DNA of 64,000 nt from Octopus sinensis (lineage: Eukaryota), in assembly GCF_006345805.1 (NCBI RefSeq), contig NC_043000.1, positions 63,860,001-63,924,000 on the forward strand. Reading direction: 5' to 3'. The position numbers were made by a program, and so were the translations under genes. This document shows positions 1 through 13,930 of the stretch, one piece after another. The notes below the pieces were generated by a model, which had not been told where the DNA came from, did no database searches, and was given only the letters and a program-made list of their open reading frames with translations. Positions within the stretch are counted from its first letter, which is position 1. Every line of letters begins with the position of its first letter.

Positions 1-169
1 GTGCAGGAGACAATTTCAAACAGGTATCATTGTAAATTCATCAATGAAGCACAGCCTTCATTATATCTACTGAGGTAATGATGGAATTATTACTAAATAA
101 ATGTTAGATATTTAGAGTTGTTTTTCAAGTAGCAGCTTTTCTTCTCTTCTCTTCTATTCCAGATGTTAT

Positions 170-455
170 CTTTTACTGGTTTCAGTCATGGGACTGCGGC
201 CATGTTGGGCACCCCAGTGTTTTGTTTTCTCATCCTATCAGTTGCAAAACTGCTATGTTATGGGGATGAAAGCAAATCAACATGGAGGACAAACACAAAC
301 ACTCACATATATAGTATGTGTGTGCGTGTGTGTATATACACACACACACACACACACAGGGGCTTCTTTTAGTTTCCATCTACCAAATCCACTCACAAGG
401 TATTGGTGCTCCTAGGGGTATAATAGAAGACACTTACCCATTGTGTCATGCAGTG
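170..455 (-). mobile_element. tRNA-derived SINE (family B; internal microsatellite, RTE-like tail), partial
   Basis: Shares the blocks tttcagtcat.gactgcggccatg.tgg.gcacc and tctaccaaatccactcacaagg with many other copies in the window. Confidence 0.75.
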
Positions 456-689
456 GGAGTTATAACATTTCTTTTATCAGATAGACTGAAGTAAGGAGTG
501 TGTCAAACAACACATGTCTAGCAGAGCTAATACCCAACAGTATAAATACAATAGAGTTGCAAGACAGCAAAACTGCAAGTCTTTAAAGCATATTGTGCTT
601 GCTGGCTGGCTAACCTATAAAATGTGGATAACAATACACACACACACATTTGTATTTATTAGAAAACTAATAAATATAATAGGTTAATA

Positions 690-1134
690 TTAGTTAATAT
701 ATTAAAATATATTTTTTTATTTATTTGAGAACTAATAAATATATGTAACCTATACATATATTTCTTAGTTTATATTGTAATAAGATGTGTATACAAAAAT
801 AAAAATGTGAAATATTTTCATATCTTTCATCTCTATAACATTAAGATATGTAGCTCCTGTTCAAGCAAATCTATGCTTCATTGACGAGGTCACAATAATA
901 CAGATTTTTGTCTAATATGTTAAAGCCTGTATCTAATACATTAGAGCCTGTACATTAACAAGCAAAAATTGTTATATAACATTATCAGAGGGGAAAATTA
1001 CTTTATGTACTACTACAACAGGGTTACAAGGCAATAAGTCGGATTTTCAAAAAATAATGTGAACTCAATGATAAATGCCTTTAGCTTAATATAACCTCAA
1101 TACCAGATGTGTTTAAAAAGCTCAATGATTTAGA
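690..1134 (-). other. COX17: Probable non-coding terminal (3'-UTR) exon of COX17
   Basis: Donor ATTG|GTAAGT at 2212/2211 lies 47 nt after the stop. There is a strong acceptor (long T tract, ccttttgtttag|) at 1135/1134 and minus-strand AATAAA at 716-725. The 3' end is inferred. Confidence 0.5.
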
Positions 1135-1857
1135 CTAAACAAAAGGAAAAAAAAAAAGAAAACAGAAACAGCTTGGAGTGAGAAAATTAGTGATGTGGAA
1201 CTGTTCACAAAAACAAAAATATGAGATTATAGTAGCAGAGCAAGTAGTGATGTATGAAGGAATCATACATATAATATATTCAGAAAAAACTAACGGGGTA
1301 CATGTGCAACCAACTAAAAATAATTATTTAGATAAAAGACTTCTACATGAATATCAAGGATATTTTTCCCTCTTCATTTTCATTATTTTCTTTAAAATTA
1401 TATAAAGGACAATAACCTTGCCAAAACCTAATAAATGGTAAAAGGGGAGAGAGAGAGGGAGGGAGGAAGTAGTGAAGAGAGAACAGCTAACTCAAGTAAT
1501 GGCATACTCTCACTATGTGAGATGTTTGCTAGCAAGGTCACAGACATTAATAGACTGTGAAGAGAACTGAAAGTCAAAATGTGTAAAAGCAAAAGTACAG
1601 CTGAACTCAAGGGGAGACAAGCAGTTATAGACAGAAGGTGAAAGAGAGATACAGCAGAAGAATTTAGGGGAATCAATGACAAAATGTCTCAGACTAAGGC
1701 TACTGACAGTATATATAAAAAAGAATTATACACACACATACACACACACACACACGTATGTATGTATGTATATATATATATATACACACACACACATATA
1801 TGTATACACATATATACACATACATACACACACACGCGCATATATATTTACACAGAA

Positions 1858-1888
<31 letters not shown>

Positions 1889-2069
1889 ACCACATACACC
1901 TTTTTATCTTTAATTAGCAGAAAGCTACAAACATGACTCAAAGGCCATGTGTTTCATTGCCACACAAAACTCCACTCTAGTTGCTTTTATAACTTTCTGG
2001 AAACCAAAAAAATAAGGATACAGTCACGTTTTGAATTGTCTCTCTCCTGTTTGGCCTACCAAACCTAAG

Positions 2070-2100
<31 letters not shown>

Positions 2101-2258
2101 GCTCATCATGCAGGGAAATAAATACATGACTGCTTTATAATAAAATTGAAGTCATTGCAATTAGCATTTTACTGAAAGAATTAATTGTACAGGTTTTTAC
2201 ATAAAACTTACCAATGACAGAAAAATTACAAAAAAGTTATCTACATGAGAATTGTTGG

Positions 2259-2343
2259 TCAAATGTCAAAGCCCATCTTCTTCATACAATCTTTGTGTGC
2301 TTGTATCAGATCACCACAATGTTCTTCACCCTTTTCTACAATG
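2259..2343 (-). CDS. COX17: COX17 coding exon 2 (C + [27 protein letters not shown]), completing the twin CX9C motif
   Basis: Acceptor tttctttctaattccag|C at 2344/2343 completes the TG|C Cys codon of exon 1. Translation matches the COX17 C-terminus (C-x9-C, AHK.CM..MGF.I). Stop TGA at 2261-2259. Confidence 0.96.
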
Positions 2344-2435
2344 CTGGAATTAGAAAGAAATATTTATTCATTATTTTTTTAAAAATTGAATATCATCTCT
2401 AAATAACTACTGAACTTTTCAAATACTAATATTGA

Positions 2436-2853
2436 TTTCAAATTTTGGCAGAAGGCCAGCAGTTTCGGTGGGGGTAGGGGTAAATTGATTACATTGCCCC
2501 ACTGTTCAACTGGTACTTATTTCATCAACCCTGAAAGGATGAAAGGCAAAGTCGACCTCAGCAGATAAAGACAGATGAAATGTTGTTAAACATTTTGAAT
2601 AGTGTGCTAACAATTCTGTCAGCTCACTGCCTTTACTGCTAATAATATTAATAATCCTTTCTACTGTAAGCACAAAGCCACCAATTTTCCGGGAGGAGGT
2701 TATTCAATTACATTGACCCCAGTGTGCAAGTGGTACTTAGTTCACTAACCCAAAAAGGATGACCTTGGTGGAATTTGAACTCAGAATGTAAAGAAATAAA
2801 ATGCTGCTAAGCATTTTGTCTGACATACTAACAATTCTGTAAGCTCACTGCCC
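2436..2853 (-). mobile_element. Two adjacent tRNA-derived SINE family A copies
   Basis: Each carries gaaaggatgaaaggcaaagtcgacctc / gaatttgaactcagaa and the ...cagctcactgcc head on the minus strand. Confidence 0.75.
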
Positions 2854-3951
2854 TACTACCACTAGTGATGATAATAATTTCTACTTGAATGTGTAGCACA
2901 TTTACAGTTACACCCTACTCTTATGAGAATCTAAAAGTAGACTATGAAAAGAAATTTGCATCACACACAACTTCTCAACAGAAAGAAACTAAAGATTAAA
3001 AAACTCAACATGAAGAATAAATTTCTCCTAACATTCTTAAAAAACACAATCTGATCTAGAATGTTTAAGAGTATGGGATACTTATATAATGAATTTGTTC
3101 TTTCTTCCTGGGGAAGAGAGAGAGTACATAATTATACTTGGTAGACAGGATATATTTCACATTTGCCATAGTTAACCACATTAACTGTACCATGTACTTT
3201 AAGCATTAGAAAACAGAGGGGAATTGGAAAATGATAAGACAAACATTTCCTACCAAACGGAATAAAATAAAAACTGACACTGAGTGTATCTCACTGCTAT
3301 GTTAAAATCAATAAAACAATTATAAAAAGAAAAATGTTACATAAATATGAAGGGGAAAAAAGTAACAAAAAATACAGAGGAAAGAAAATTTATACAATAA
3401 TCAATCATTACCAGTCTTTATTAACATGAGAATGATCTTATCTTTTTAAGACTATGATAATCAGTTATTCTCTTTGTTCCTGTTCATGTGTTAATGATGT
3501 TATTCATTCAATAAATGAAGATTATTTAACAAAAAGATATCCAAAATTCAAATAGTGAATGCAGTTAAGAAATAAATAATAATGTAGTTTTTTTTGTTTT
3601 TTTTCAAGTAAGTACTGGTAGATTAATTTCTTATTAACCTTCATATCTACACTACCCTTCAAACACCAACTTACAAAAGCCTTATGTCACAGCATCGTAC
3701 ACTGTACTACTAAGAGATTTTTGTCTTTCTCACATTTCCGCTCACTATTTATAAACAGAATATATTGCATTGTGTTTATTTTATATAACAATGCTTCACT
3801 TTACTATAAGGTGGGTGCTAGTGTATTTGATGTAATAAACCAAGAGAGCTTGATTAACATTACACTCTTGATGCAAACAATCATTTTGTAAAGGATTAAT
3901 TCTAGTAAAAAAAGGAAAAAAACTAGGAAGTTAACCACAAAATTTAAGTAA

Positions 3952-4168
3952 CCCTTTCATTGCTGTATTTCGAGATGCTCTGTGTTTCTTTCAATTACTT
4001 TAAATATAACAAAGAATTTAGCAAAACAACTTAGCTATTATTAAGCTAGTATTAGGAACATAAATTGTGACTAAGGTTTGTTGGAAGACTTCAGTTCAAA
4101 ACATATGAAAACAAAACATTTGCACTACAGAGTCAGAGGCAGTTTCAGCCGGGTTGGTAACAAAAGGG
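3952..4168. mobile_element. TTAA-type (piggyBac-like) MITE
   Basis: CCCTTT...AAAGGG termini; TTAA on the right and degenerate GTAA on the left. Confidence 0.65.
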
Positions 4169-4264
4169 TTAAATAGGAAATACAGTGACTGGTGAGTCTG
4201 CTCTTTAGCAGTCCAGTCACAACTGCAAACGTATTTAAGTCTCATGCTTTATTAAAGAGATTCC

Positions 4265-4480
4265 TTTTCTTTTCTACTCTCAGCACAAGACCCAAAATGT
4301 TGGGGGAAAGGGCCAATCGATTAGAATGACCCCCAGTACACAACTGGTACTTACTTTATCGCCCCCAAAAGGATGAAAGGCAAAGTCAACCTCAGCAGAA
4401 TTTGAACTCAGAATATAAAGACAGACAGAATACTGTTAAGCATTTCGCTCAGCATGCTAACATTTCTGCCAGCTTGCCAC
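4265..4480 (-). mobile_element. SINE family A copy
   Basis: Same conserved blocks as 2436-2853 and 31094-31329. Confidence 0.75.
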
Positions 4481-4678
4481 CTGCTTTATTAAAGAGATTC
4501 AAAACAACTGAAACCACTCCATCATCGTTACTATACTGTTAAAGACCAGACTCAATCCCCATTGCATTCCATATTAAATTAATTAGAATCTTGGGGTTAT
4601 TTCTTCTGCTTTTCTATCAGAATTAGTCATTTAACTTTTTTAATACAGTCTGAGATTATCCCTGGTTCTATGTTTTAA

Positions 4679-4898
4679 CCCTTTAGTATTTAAACTGACC
4701 ACATCCAGTCAAAATATTCTACTTGTTTTTTGTTCAAACTGGCCAGATCCAGCCTCTCACACCTACCAAACAATGTCATTCTAAAAATAAACAACCACAC
4801 CATCAAAATCTCGAATCTATGACATAATGCATGATTAATTCAAAACAATGTGAATAAGTATGCAGAACATTTGACAGAGTAATCTGATAGCTAAAGGG
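4679..4898. mobile_element. TTAA-type MITE nested in an older related MITE
   Basis: TTAA|CCCTTTAG...CTAAAGGG|TTAA (TSD 4675-4678 and 4899-4902). It is the reverse-orientation relative of 50023-50242. Confidence 0.8.
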
Positions 4899-7204
4899 TT
4901 AAAGTGATTTAAATTAATACCTTCCATCAAAATTTAATGTTAATTTATGTTCCAAATACTAGCTTAGAAGTTACAAATTTATTTTTACTAAATTCTTCAT
5001 TACTTCCAAAATTAAATGAAATAAAGGCAGTTATTTCAACAGAAATGTAGTAACAAATGATTGTTCTTATCACTAAGAGTGCAATTTAAAACTTTTTTGG
5101 CTTACTACAACTATACTAGGATCCACTTTACTAACAAAAATTCATGCAGCAGATGTCCCCAGACATTTTTCTTCAGTCATTAATGTTCCATTCCACTTTA
5201 CAATGATGTTAAGCACATTCTTATACTTATTGTACATATGCCATAGCTAGATCACCAAAGACACTCAACAGGCTTCACACAGTCTTTACTGTTGCAAGAC
5301 TTGGAATCATGGGCAACATGATTCCATGTTAAATGGGTTGGCATCTAGTTCTTCACAATATTGACAGGTCAGCCAGATGAGCAAATCTATGACCTAAGGC
5401 ATTCCAATTTGGCCATTCTATCTATACTTTCTTGACATTATCTTATACATTCTTTCTTTCAAAGACAATAGAGTAAGGGTGTGATGTGGAGCATTTGATT
5501 GCAATTTCTAATTGATCAAGTGGCTACGAATAAACTCCTTGAATGACACTTGTTCAAAAGGATGGTAATTGCCAAATAAAAAAGAATTACTTTTGCTCAT
5601 CTCTATGTTATTAGATTTGAGCTTCCAATATAAGCCACCCAATAGCAGAATCATAGAATCTTACTTCCAAACAATTTTCTTAAATTTTCTTTCTCAATGC
5701 AAACATGGGTTGGCTAGTTCTACCAATTCAGATATGAGCTTAAAATATAAGAGCAAATATCTGTGATTTACACTTTGAGGTCCTCTTTAATATCAAGCTG
5801 AATCAATCCAAATTGATAAACCCTAGCAAATTACACCACACTAGCAGGCTGAACCTCCAAAGGAGATGATTAAAGACTACAACAAGCAGCAAGACAGTAT
5901 TCTAGAAAAGATCTGCCCAACCTCTCTCTCTCATACATAAATATATCATCATCATTTAGCATCCATTTTCCATGCTGGCATGGGTTGGACAGCTTGACAG
6001 GTTCTGGTAAGGCCAGGGGCTGCACCAGGTTCCATAGTATGTTATGGCTTGATTTAGGCACATAAAAGTTCCAAGATGGCATTAAAATAGGAAATGAATT
6101 GTAATCATCATCTAAGAGCAGGTACAGGCCATTGGATGGTGTTTTGCAAGCTATGTCTACCCAATTTCACTGATAAGGCTTAGATCAACTGAAGGCTATG
6201 CTTAAGATGCAAATATTAATAGGATTGAAAACTGGAGCCACATGACTGCAGAGAACTTCTTAATGAAATGCATAAGCATGCACTCATAAAACATCAACCG
6301 GCCCATTGATGGAACTTGCTTGCCTATCAACCACATTACAAATTGCATACTGAGGAATCAACAGCTACAAATAATGAGTAGCGATTTTGTCATGAAATAC
6401 AGTTACTGAATTGTTAAATAGGTGTCCTTAAATATAAATCAAAATCAAGTTCCATCATAGACATAATTTTGTATACTTAAGAAAAGCAAATTTAAATTGG
6501 CTTTCAGTTACCCCAAAAAGAACAGCCCAATAGCCTATTATAATGAAAGAAAAAACATCAGAAAATATTTTGGCAAGTTTCATCTGTGAACATGTCTAAG
6601 CTTGATACATTAAGCCAATACACAGCTGAAACTGCTAGAGATAGCAATCAAATTTTCACGTCATACTCTGTCTTAAGAAAAGGAAAGCACACATTGGGCA
6701 ATACAGTTTGGGAGACAGTATACCTAGTAAAGAAAATAAGTGACAACTGGAATACCTTTGATCAGAGATCAGCCTGGAACTAAATACAGCAACAAGAGTT
6801 ATAAAATTCATGTTCAATAAAAGATTGTTTTATTATAAAGAATAGCAAGATCACAACTGGAAATTTCTAATATGAAGAAACGTTTCATTGAAGATTGATG
6901 ATAATTGTAAGCCAATTATTAGGCAATTAAACCCACAGAGTGCAATAGTATAGTAAACTAGATTGACGGCAGTCAGGCAGAAAGTGTGACAAAAAGACAG
7001 TCAGAAGCAGAAAAAGGATTAAACTTGTTTGAAGTTTATAAGACAGCAACAATGCCCTACTTCAGAATGTTAGAATGAAGTGGAAGGTAAAGAAGGACTG
7101 CTACCATAACAACCTCACGTTTGTGAAATTTGTTTAGCTTAAAGAACTTTTTTTAAAGATATATTTTACATGTTCCTCACTATTTTCTCATCTCTACTCT
7201 AAAT

Positions 7205-7665
7205 AAAAAAAAAAGAGAGAGAGAGAAGAGAAAATGGAGGTGAGTAGAGAGACAGACATACAGGGGAAGGTAGACAGAGAGACAGAAGGGTACACAACAA
7301 GACAGAGGAGGAAAGATAGACACAGAGGCAGGCAGAGAGAGAGAAGTACACAAAAGACAAATAGCCAGACAAAGAGAGGTGGATAGCTAGACAGAGATAC
7401 AGAGAGAGGTACACAGAAGGTAAATAGCCAGACAGACAGAGGTGGATAGAGAGAGAGAGAAAGAGAGAGAAAATGGAGGTGAGTAGAGAGACAGACATAC
7501 AGACAGAATGAGAGAGAGAGAGAGGTACACAGAAGGTAAACAGCAAGACAAAGGAGGATAAATAGACACAGAGAGACAGGCAGAGGCAGAGAGAGAGAAG
7601 TACACAAAAGATAAATAGCCAGACAAACAGAGGTGGATAGCTAGACAGAGAGACAGAGAGAGAGA
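7205..7665. repeat. Purine-rich low-complexity repeat with internal ~240-bp duplication
   Basis: The unit gagagaaaatggaggtgagtagagagacagacatac... occurs twice within a GA/GACA-rich matrix. Confidence 0.7.
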
Positions 7666-10439
7666 TGGTTGCAGTATTGTCTTTTTGTTCTCGTAGCAGG
7701 ACATAGGATACAAAATCTAAATTTCTATAAAGGTAAATTGCAAAAATGTAGCCAACTGAGGCATTTGCCAACCTACATAAGTCCTCTGATAAAGACTCAC
7801 ACTCAACAGACACAAAGATAATGGGAATGCCAGGTGTAGCTGAACAGGTGTTTGTGAGTATATACACAAGAGAGAGACAGAGAAAGAGCACTTCAGGTTA
7901 TATGTGAAGATGCAAAATTTAAGATCAGCTTTATGAATGCACTCAAATGATAAATATAGTTTACAAGCTGCAGCCTAAAACTCTGTGCATAGTTTTTTGC
8001 TCTTCATTCTAGTGCATAGCACACATGACTAGATATACAGAGAAACTTCTGTATGACATCAGATTGACATTGCAGAATCATTTCAAAGAATGTATTGTGT
8101 TAAAAAGCTTAACAAATATATAGCAAAGACTAAAGAAGTACTAGTTAGTAACTTGATCTGTCAAGTTCTAACAATATAAAAATATTACATGAAAAGAATA
8201 TGCTGTGATCTGATAAAATAATCAAGGCTCAGAATCACCAGAAAAGTTTAGCAGCATGTAAGTAATGAGTGAAATGAAGGTCAACTGTTAAAAGATAAGT
8301 TTCATTACCTAGGTGACCTTATTACTACTTGGTGTAGAGCTGGTGGTAGTATGGAATTCAAGAAACAATTGTATCAAAGCCAGAATATAAGAAGGAAGCA
8401 TATTCATGAAATGTGATGCAGTAAGGCAATGAATGGATCAGTCCATTGGATTTAAAGGAAACACAGAGTGCAATAGAGAAATATATTCTTGAGAGATGAC
8501 TACACTGTTAAAAGTATGTAATACTAACAGCTAATGCATGTTAAGTGGAAAAGTGTCCTGAAATAATGAAAGAAGACCAAAGCAGACTTGCGATTAAGTA
8601 GATCAAGATGCATTCAAAGATGATGCTGTATTGCTGACTCTGACAACCCATGCCAACATGGTAAAAAAAAGAACATTAAAACAATATGGAGAGAGTGAAA
8701 AGCAAATACAGTATTATCCATTTGAAATTAATATAAAATGAGTATTTTTAATAAAACTCACAAAATTTTTTATGTTTTAAAATGTTATGAAAATTAAAAA
8801 ATATTTGTACTCTGAGAACTGAAGTAAAAATGGTTTATTTTCAACTTATTAAAGACAATAAAAAAATGTAATAAAATTAACATTGTAAATAATGAGAAAA
8901 AATATTTTGATAAAACACTGGAAATGTCAAGACAAGATAAATATTAAATAGGAAGAACTTTAAGAGATTTATGTATAGATTATTTTATACAGATTCTCAG
9001 TTGTTTCATACCACAGTGTACAGCATATTCAAAGACACAAAAGATGAAGCACTAATAAAGAGCGAGCTATAAATTATTATTCCAAATTAGTGGCAATAAG
9101 ATATAAAGCAGAATAATGCTTGGAAGGCTGATAATAAAATAGTTAAAGCTGATCTGAAACTGGTGCAGGCAAAACAAATAACCATTTAACAGATAATGAA
9201 GCTTAAGTGATCATATATAATGTGGATATTGCAATTAAAGTTATTGAGCAACAACAGTTGTTTATAGAGATTTTTCTCTTCTAAAGTGCAAATGCTAGCC
9301 TGTGGATAGTTTGAAAATATAACTGACCAGCTTACTAGAGGAAAACAGGAATTATCAATATATTGATCCTCTTAAACTCTGCAGATAAGAGATAAGCCAG
9401 TGGTATATGGAAAGTGAAATTTTCTCTGATCTGTGAAAAGCATCGAGATGTATTACAAAAACACAAGAAATTCATAACAATATCAAATGTCTTATCTGAC
9501 AAATCTTATTTGTAAGGTTTGTGTTGATTTAGTAATTTCAAACTAAATACTACATAGCATAATTCAAGAATAGAGTTGATGGATAAACAGTTTACACTCA
9601 CCCTCACCATACAATGATAAATAAATTACTTAAAATATTGTAACAGTAAACTAAATTATTCCCTTAATCTTTTCTTTTTAAATAAATATATGTTAATGGA
9701 TTGAAAAATTAATTTTAATAAAAAGACAGAAAAAAATTGAATCAAAATTTAGCCTGAGAATAAGCAAAGCCCAATTAATGTATTCTAATAACACCACCAA
9801 AAACAAATTCCAGTCAAAATAATAAAATTACCAGGATATCAAAATTGTGAAAAACAAAAAATTACAAAAGTAAATAAAATACTAGACTGATAAAATTAGT
9901 GTAATAGGCACAAATTTATAAGCCAATTTTTGCCTATTTCAATAAAATTTTTTAAATGACCTTAGTTAATAAAATGCCTTTACATATTGAGACTTAATGA
10001 CCTCAACAAATCTTTGAAATGTCAATTATCATTATTATCAAATTGAATATTTACATATTTCTTGGACATGGCTGGTAAACTAATGAAGACAAGGATTATT
10101 GTATGTGGATGGAGGTACCAGTCCATGTTTGTGAACATTTTATTTCACAAAGAATAGTATTCAGAAATGAAAAATTAGACTTTGTTATACAACATTGTGT
10201 GTGCAAACCCTAAGTCATTCATGATGCATGCCAATTCCAATAAGAACAGGTTTAATTTTTTTCTAAACATTGCTTGTAAATGATATTTTCAAAACTAGGA
10301 AGGCATTTAGTGAAATGTTTTCAGAACCTTTCATATACATCTATTTTATCAATTAATTATGGAGGCCAGAAAATACAAACAAAGAAAGTAAAAAGGAATA
10401 TAATTCATATTTTATTTGCATGACTGAAAAATTGAAGTT

Positions 10440-10570
10440 AAAAGTAATATATATACAATTATATGCTTCATTAACAATGTTAGAAGTATGCTTAGTAAAT
10501 TTGAAATTGCCATCCATTGTAACTCCCAAGTCCTTTTTATCCTTCACAAGGGCAATTGAGACAACCAAGG
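10440..10570 (-). pseudogene. CR1-group LINE RT C-terminal fragment
   Basis: KDLGVTMDGNFKFTKHTSNIVNEA resembles the CR1/L2 EKDLGV.ID..L.F..H motif. Confidence 0.6.
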
Positions 10571-10680
10571 AAAATATGAGGTTGTAAAAGAGATTTAGAA
10601 ACAAAAACAGCAGCAAAATACATTTGTTGACAGAACTTCTAACCAGTTAGCAGATCAAAGTTTAAGAGAAATCATTTTAA

Positions 10681-10901
10681 CCCTTTTAATACCAAATTGC
10701 ATCAGATGCCCCTAGGTTCTATCATAGAAATTGCATGTTTTAAAATTACCTAAATTGAAACCTTCCATTAACATTATATGTTAATATAAACCTAACACCA
10801 GCTTAGTAACTGCCAAGTCATTTTAATAAATTCTTCTTTATTTTTAAAAGTAATTGAAACAAAAGCAGGAATATTTCAATAGGAACATGGTAACAAAAGT
10901 G
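10681..10901. mobile_element. TTAA-type MITE
   Basis: TTAA|CCCTTTT...AAAAGTG|TTAA, with the same internal family as 3952-4168 and 56208-56411. Confidence 0.65.
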
Positions 10902-12829
10902 TTAAAAGTACATCTGAAATATTTTTACGTTTCATTTGTATTGATTTCATCAATTATATATATTTACATTTCATTTTTATAACTTTGACATTTATGCACA
11001 AAATAAAACACTTTGGTCTAACCACACTACCCTGAGGAACATCAGAAGTCACAGGTAACTAAGAGGCTAATTTGAACAGCCTCAATACTTTGTCAGAAAT
11101 ACCAAATGTCAACTGAAGCTTTTCAAGTAGGACAGTATAAACGACACAATCAAATGCTTTTAAGAGATCTCATTTAGCAATAGTCAGAAAATAAACGACT
11201 CAGAAACAATAGTGCTATCATGTTTGTAAGAATAAAATATTCTCAACTAAATCTATGTTAGAAAATGTTCAATAAATTATTGTGCACCACACTAGTATTA
11301 TATTTCCATGCAAATTCATTTCAAACAAATGACAGAGAACACATGTTAGTAACATAGGGCAGTAATTGTTAATGTCTGACTGGGAACCCCTTTTTATAAA
11401 TATGCATGAGAATCATGCCAGATATCCGGTAAACATTTTACTGTCCAGAATTTTTCTAAATAGGATCCTTAAAAGGCTTACTAAATGTAGAACCACAATG
11501 TTTAATGAACAAAAGTGGAATATTATCAGGTCTACAAGCAGGTTTCATTTTGAAATTTTTAAAAACATATAATTTGAAAGAATCACCAGTAAATATGTCA
11601 TCCATTATTTCATAACCTAATTGTGTTAGAAATGTTAGAATTGCAGGTACTGAGTTATGTAACAGTTAGAGACATTTTGTTTTCAAACATTATCCCAGAT
11701 TATTTCAAATACATATTGGATTTTATTGACAGGATAGATATATCTAAGTTTGATAGTCACATAACTGAAAAATTTCTTAAGCATCTTTACATTGTTAATA
11801 GAAATTTCTTTTTTCAAATATGTATTTCTTATCATAGATATTATTGTTTTAGCAATAATTTTTCTAGCTTCATTGGTTAAAGACAGTTGGATAAATTTAA
11901 AGCCTTTTATTTTCAGAATATTATTATTTTTTTTTTTTTTACATATAAAATATAAACTTACACTAACCTAATTAGTATTTCACAGATTCTTAAGCTTATT
12001 TTGCTTGGAACATGCTTATGTACAAGTGATGGGGAATCTATTATAAAACACATCAAAACATTTGATAATAGATATTGAGGCAAGAAATAATACGTTTTAC
12101 TCTGTAGCATGCAAATAAAAACCTAGAACATTAAAACCAATATATATATTATATATATATATATAGAAATTCAGGGTGAGTACTTGATATATATATATAT
12201 ATATAATTATAAATGAGGGTTGCTTCGGAGCTATTTTTAGCACTAGAGTTATCCACATAGTGGATAACTCTCTAATAATTTATATATATATATATATATA
12301 TATACTAAGCAATAAGGGTTTAGCAACGAGTTGCCTTACCACATACCGAATTTAGAAATAGCAGTCAAAGGGTTATAGCTATTTCCTCTACTAAAAAGGG
12401 AGATCTCAGTAAAAACAGCATTTGGAAGGCAGACACAAACAGGTATATATATATACACACACACACATACACGTATTTTTCATGGCCAACTTGTTGATAT
12501 TATCATTGAGAATATGATTCACTAAGGAGATATAATAAGACCGGAACATGTTAATATCGAATAACTGATCTTATTAGAGTTATCTTTCATGTTTGTTGTC
12601 AAAATTAAAAACAAAACCAGAAAGTTTTTATTTGTTTACTAATTACTTGGATAATTTCACTTAGCTTTTCAACATTCTATACTATATACGTGAGGCCCTA
12701 CAGTATTTGTATTTAATATGCACTTTTGAGATATTTTCCTTCAGCCATATTACTGCACATGTACTTTAGTTATAGTACATGTGACCTCAAATCTTAACCA
12801 TATTAATGCTAATGCTTAGTTGCAGGAAT

Positions 12830-13930
12830 CATGCCGTCCTAAGATAGCGAATAAATATAGAAAAATGGATATATAAATTGAATGCGACCTGAAGACTTAC
12901 AAAAGTCGCTAGTTAGAACAAAAACGTGAAATAATTTGTTGAGATAGTGAAACTGGCTTTAAACATGAAAGTACATGCTTAGATAAAATTACGAAAGTTA
13001 AACAACACGCCGATCACATAAAATAAACAAATTAACAGTGTCACATTTTTAAAAAATATCCAGTTCGTTAAAACCCGATTTCAGAAAGGAAGAAAAAGTA
13101 TTCTTTTTATTGTGAGAATATTACTAGTAGACAGAGGTTTTAATTAACTCTTTGATCGAAACAGCGGAGCAGAATACAACGTGTTTAGTTATCCGGCAGC
13201 AGTTTATATTTAAAACGAATATTGCATTTTACGTAATGGTAATTAACGTTCAAAATCTGATTAAAAACTATGTAAATAACCGATATATACCCAAAAACAA
13301 AACCACATGTATAACGAAACATTCAAGGAAAATTAATGATTTTTTTTTTATGTCAAAAAGAATATTAGTTTACTTTGCACACAATTTAAATAACAACATA
13401 CCATGCATCGCGGACTTTTTTTGTTTCCGGACAAGCACAACATGGTTTTAGCTTTTGAGTTTCAGCTACTTCTTCTGCAGGATTTTCATCAGCCATGGTT
13501 GGAAAAAAGTGTAGTACTAAACAGAAGGTCTGATGGTTAAGTGTGTGTAGGAGCGTGTCTAGTTACCTACTACAACAGTGCAAGTCGCTGGTTGAACGGA
13601 CGTCCTTCAGGATTCACCTTGTGTTGAAATAACGTCTGCTAGGTGACGCCACTGTCTGTCTTGGGTAAATTGTTGCTGCTGATGGTGTAGAAACATTTAG
13701 ATCAATCTTCCGATTCTAAATTTTTGGAAATTTCTTATCATTATGCTCAACTGGTATATACATTGTTTGCGTTTATGTAATCGTGCAACACGTGGGCATT
13801 TTTTGTACTTATATTATTTTGCTTTGCTTTACTTAAAACAAAAAGCTTTCAGAAAGATTTATTAGGAGATGTACAAGTTGTGTGCTCGTCGCTTAATTAA
13901 AATTTGTTGAATATTAGTAAAAAAAACAGG
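12830..13930. promoter_or_regulatory. CpG-enriched promoter/5' region of COX17, possibly bidirectional
   Basis: Visibly more CpG than the CpG-poor intron to the left, and it surrounds the COX17 start codon. A plus-strand donor-like TTGG|GTAAAT lies at 13664/13665. Confidence 0.55.
13402..13496 (-). CDS. COX17: Cytochrome c oxidase copper chaperone COX17, coding exon 1 ([31 protein letters not shown] + TG)
   Basis: Manual translation from ATG at 13496 gives the COX17 hallmark [15 protein letters not shown]. The exon ends TG|GTATGT (donor at 13401), splitting the Cys codon in phase 2. Confidence 0.96.

Noticed and set aside
7194-7891. 230-aa minus-strand ORF that looks like a membrane protein
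   Set aside because: Its hydrophobic L/S/C/V content comes from a CT-rich low-complexity repeat, and no domain motif is present.
12249-12257. TTATCCACA, identical to a bacterial DnaA box
   Set aside because: The context is eukaryotic and the 9-mer is part of a hairpin; a chance match.
13455-13495. Minus-strand CTGATGA...GAAAC resembling a hammerhead core
   Set aside because: It is the COX17 coding sequence (GCT GAT GAA ... GCT GAA ACT) and lacks a valid stem II base and U16.1.
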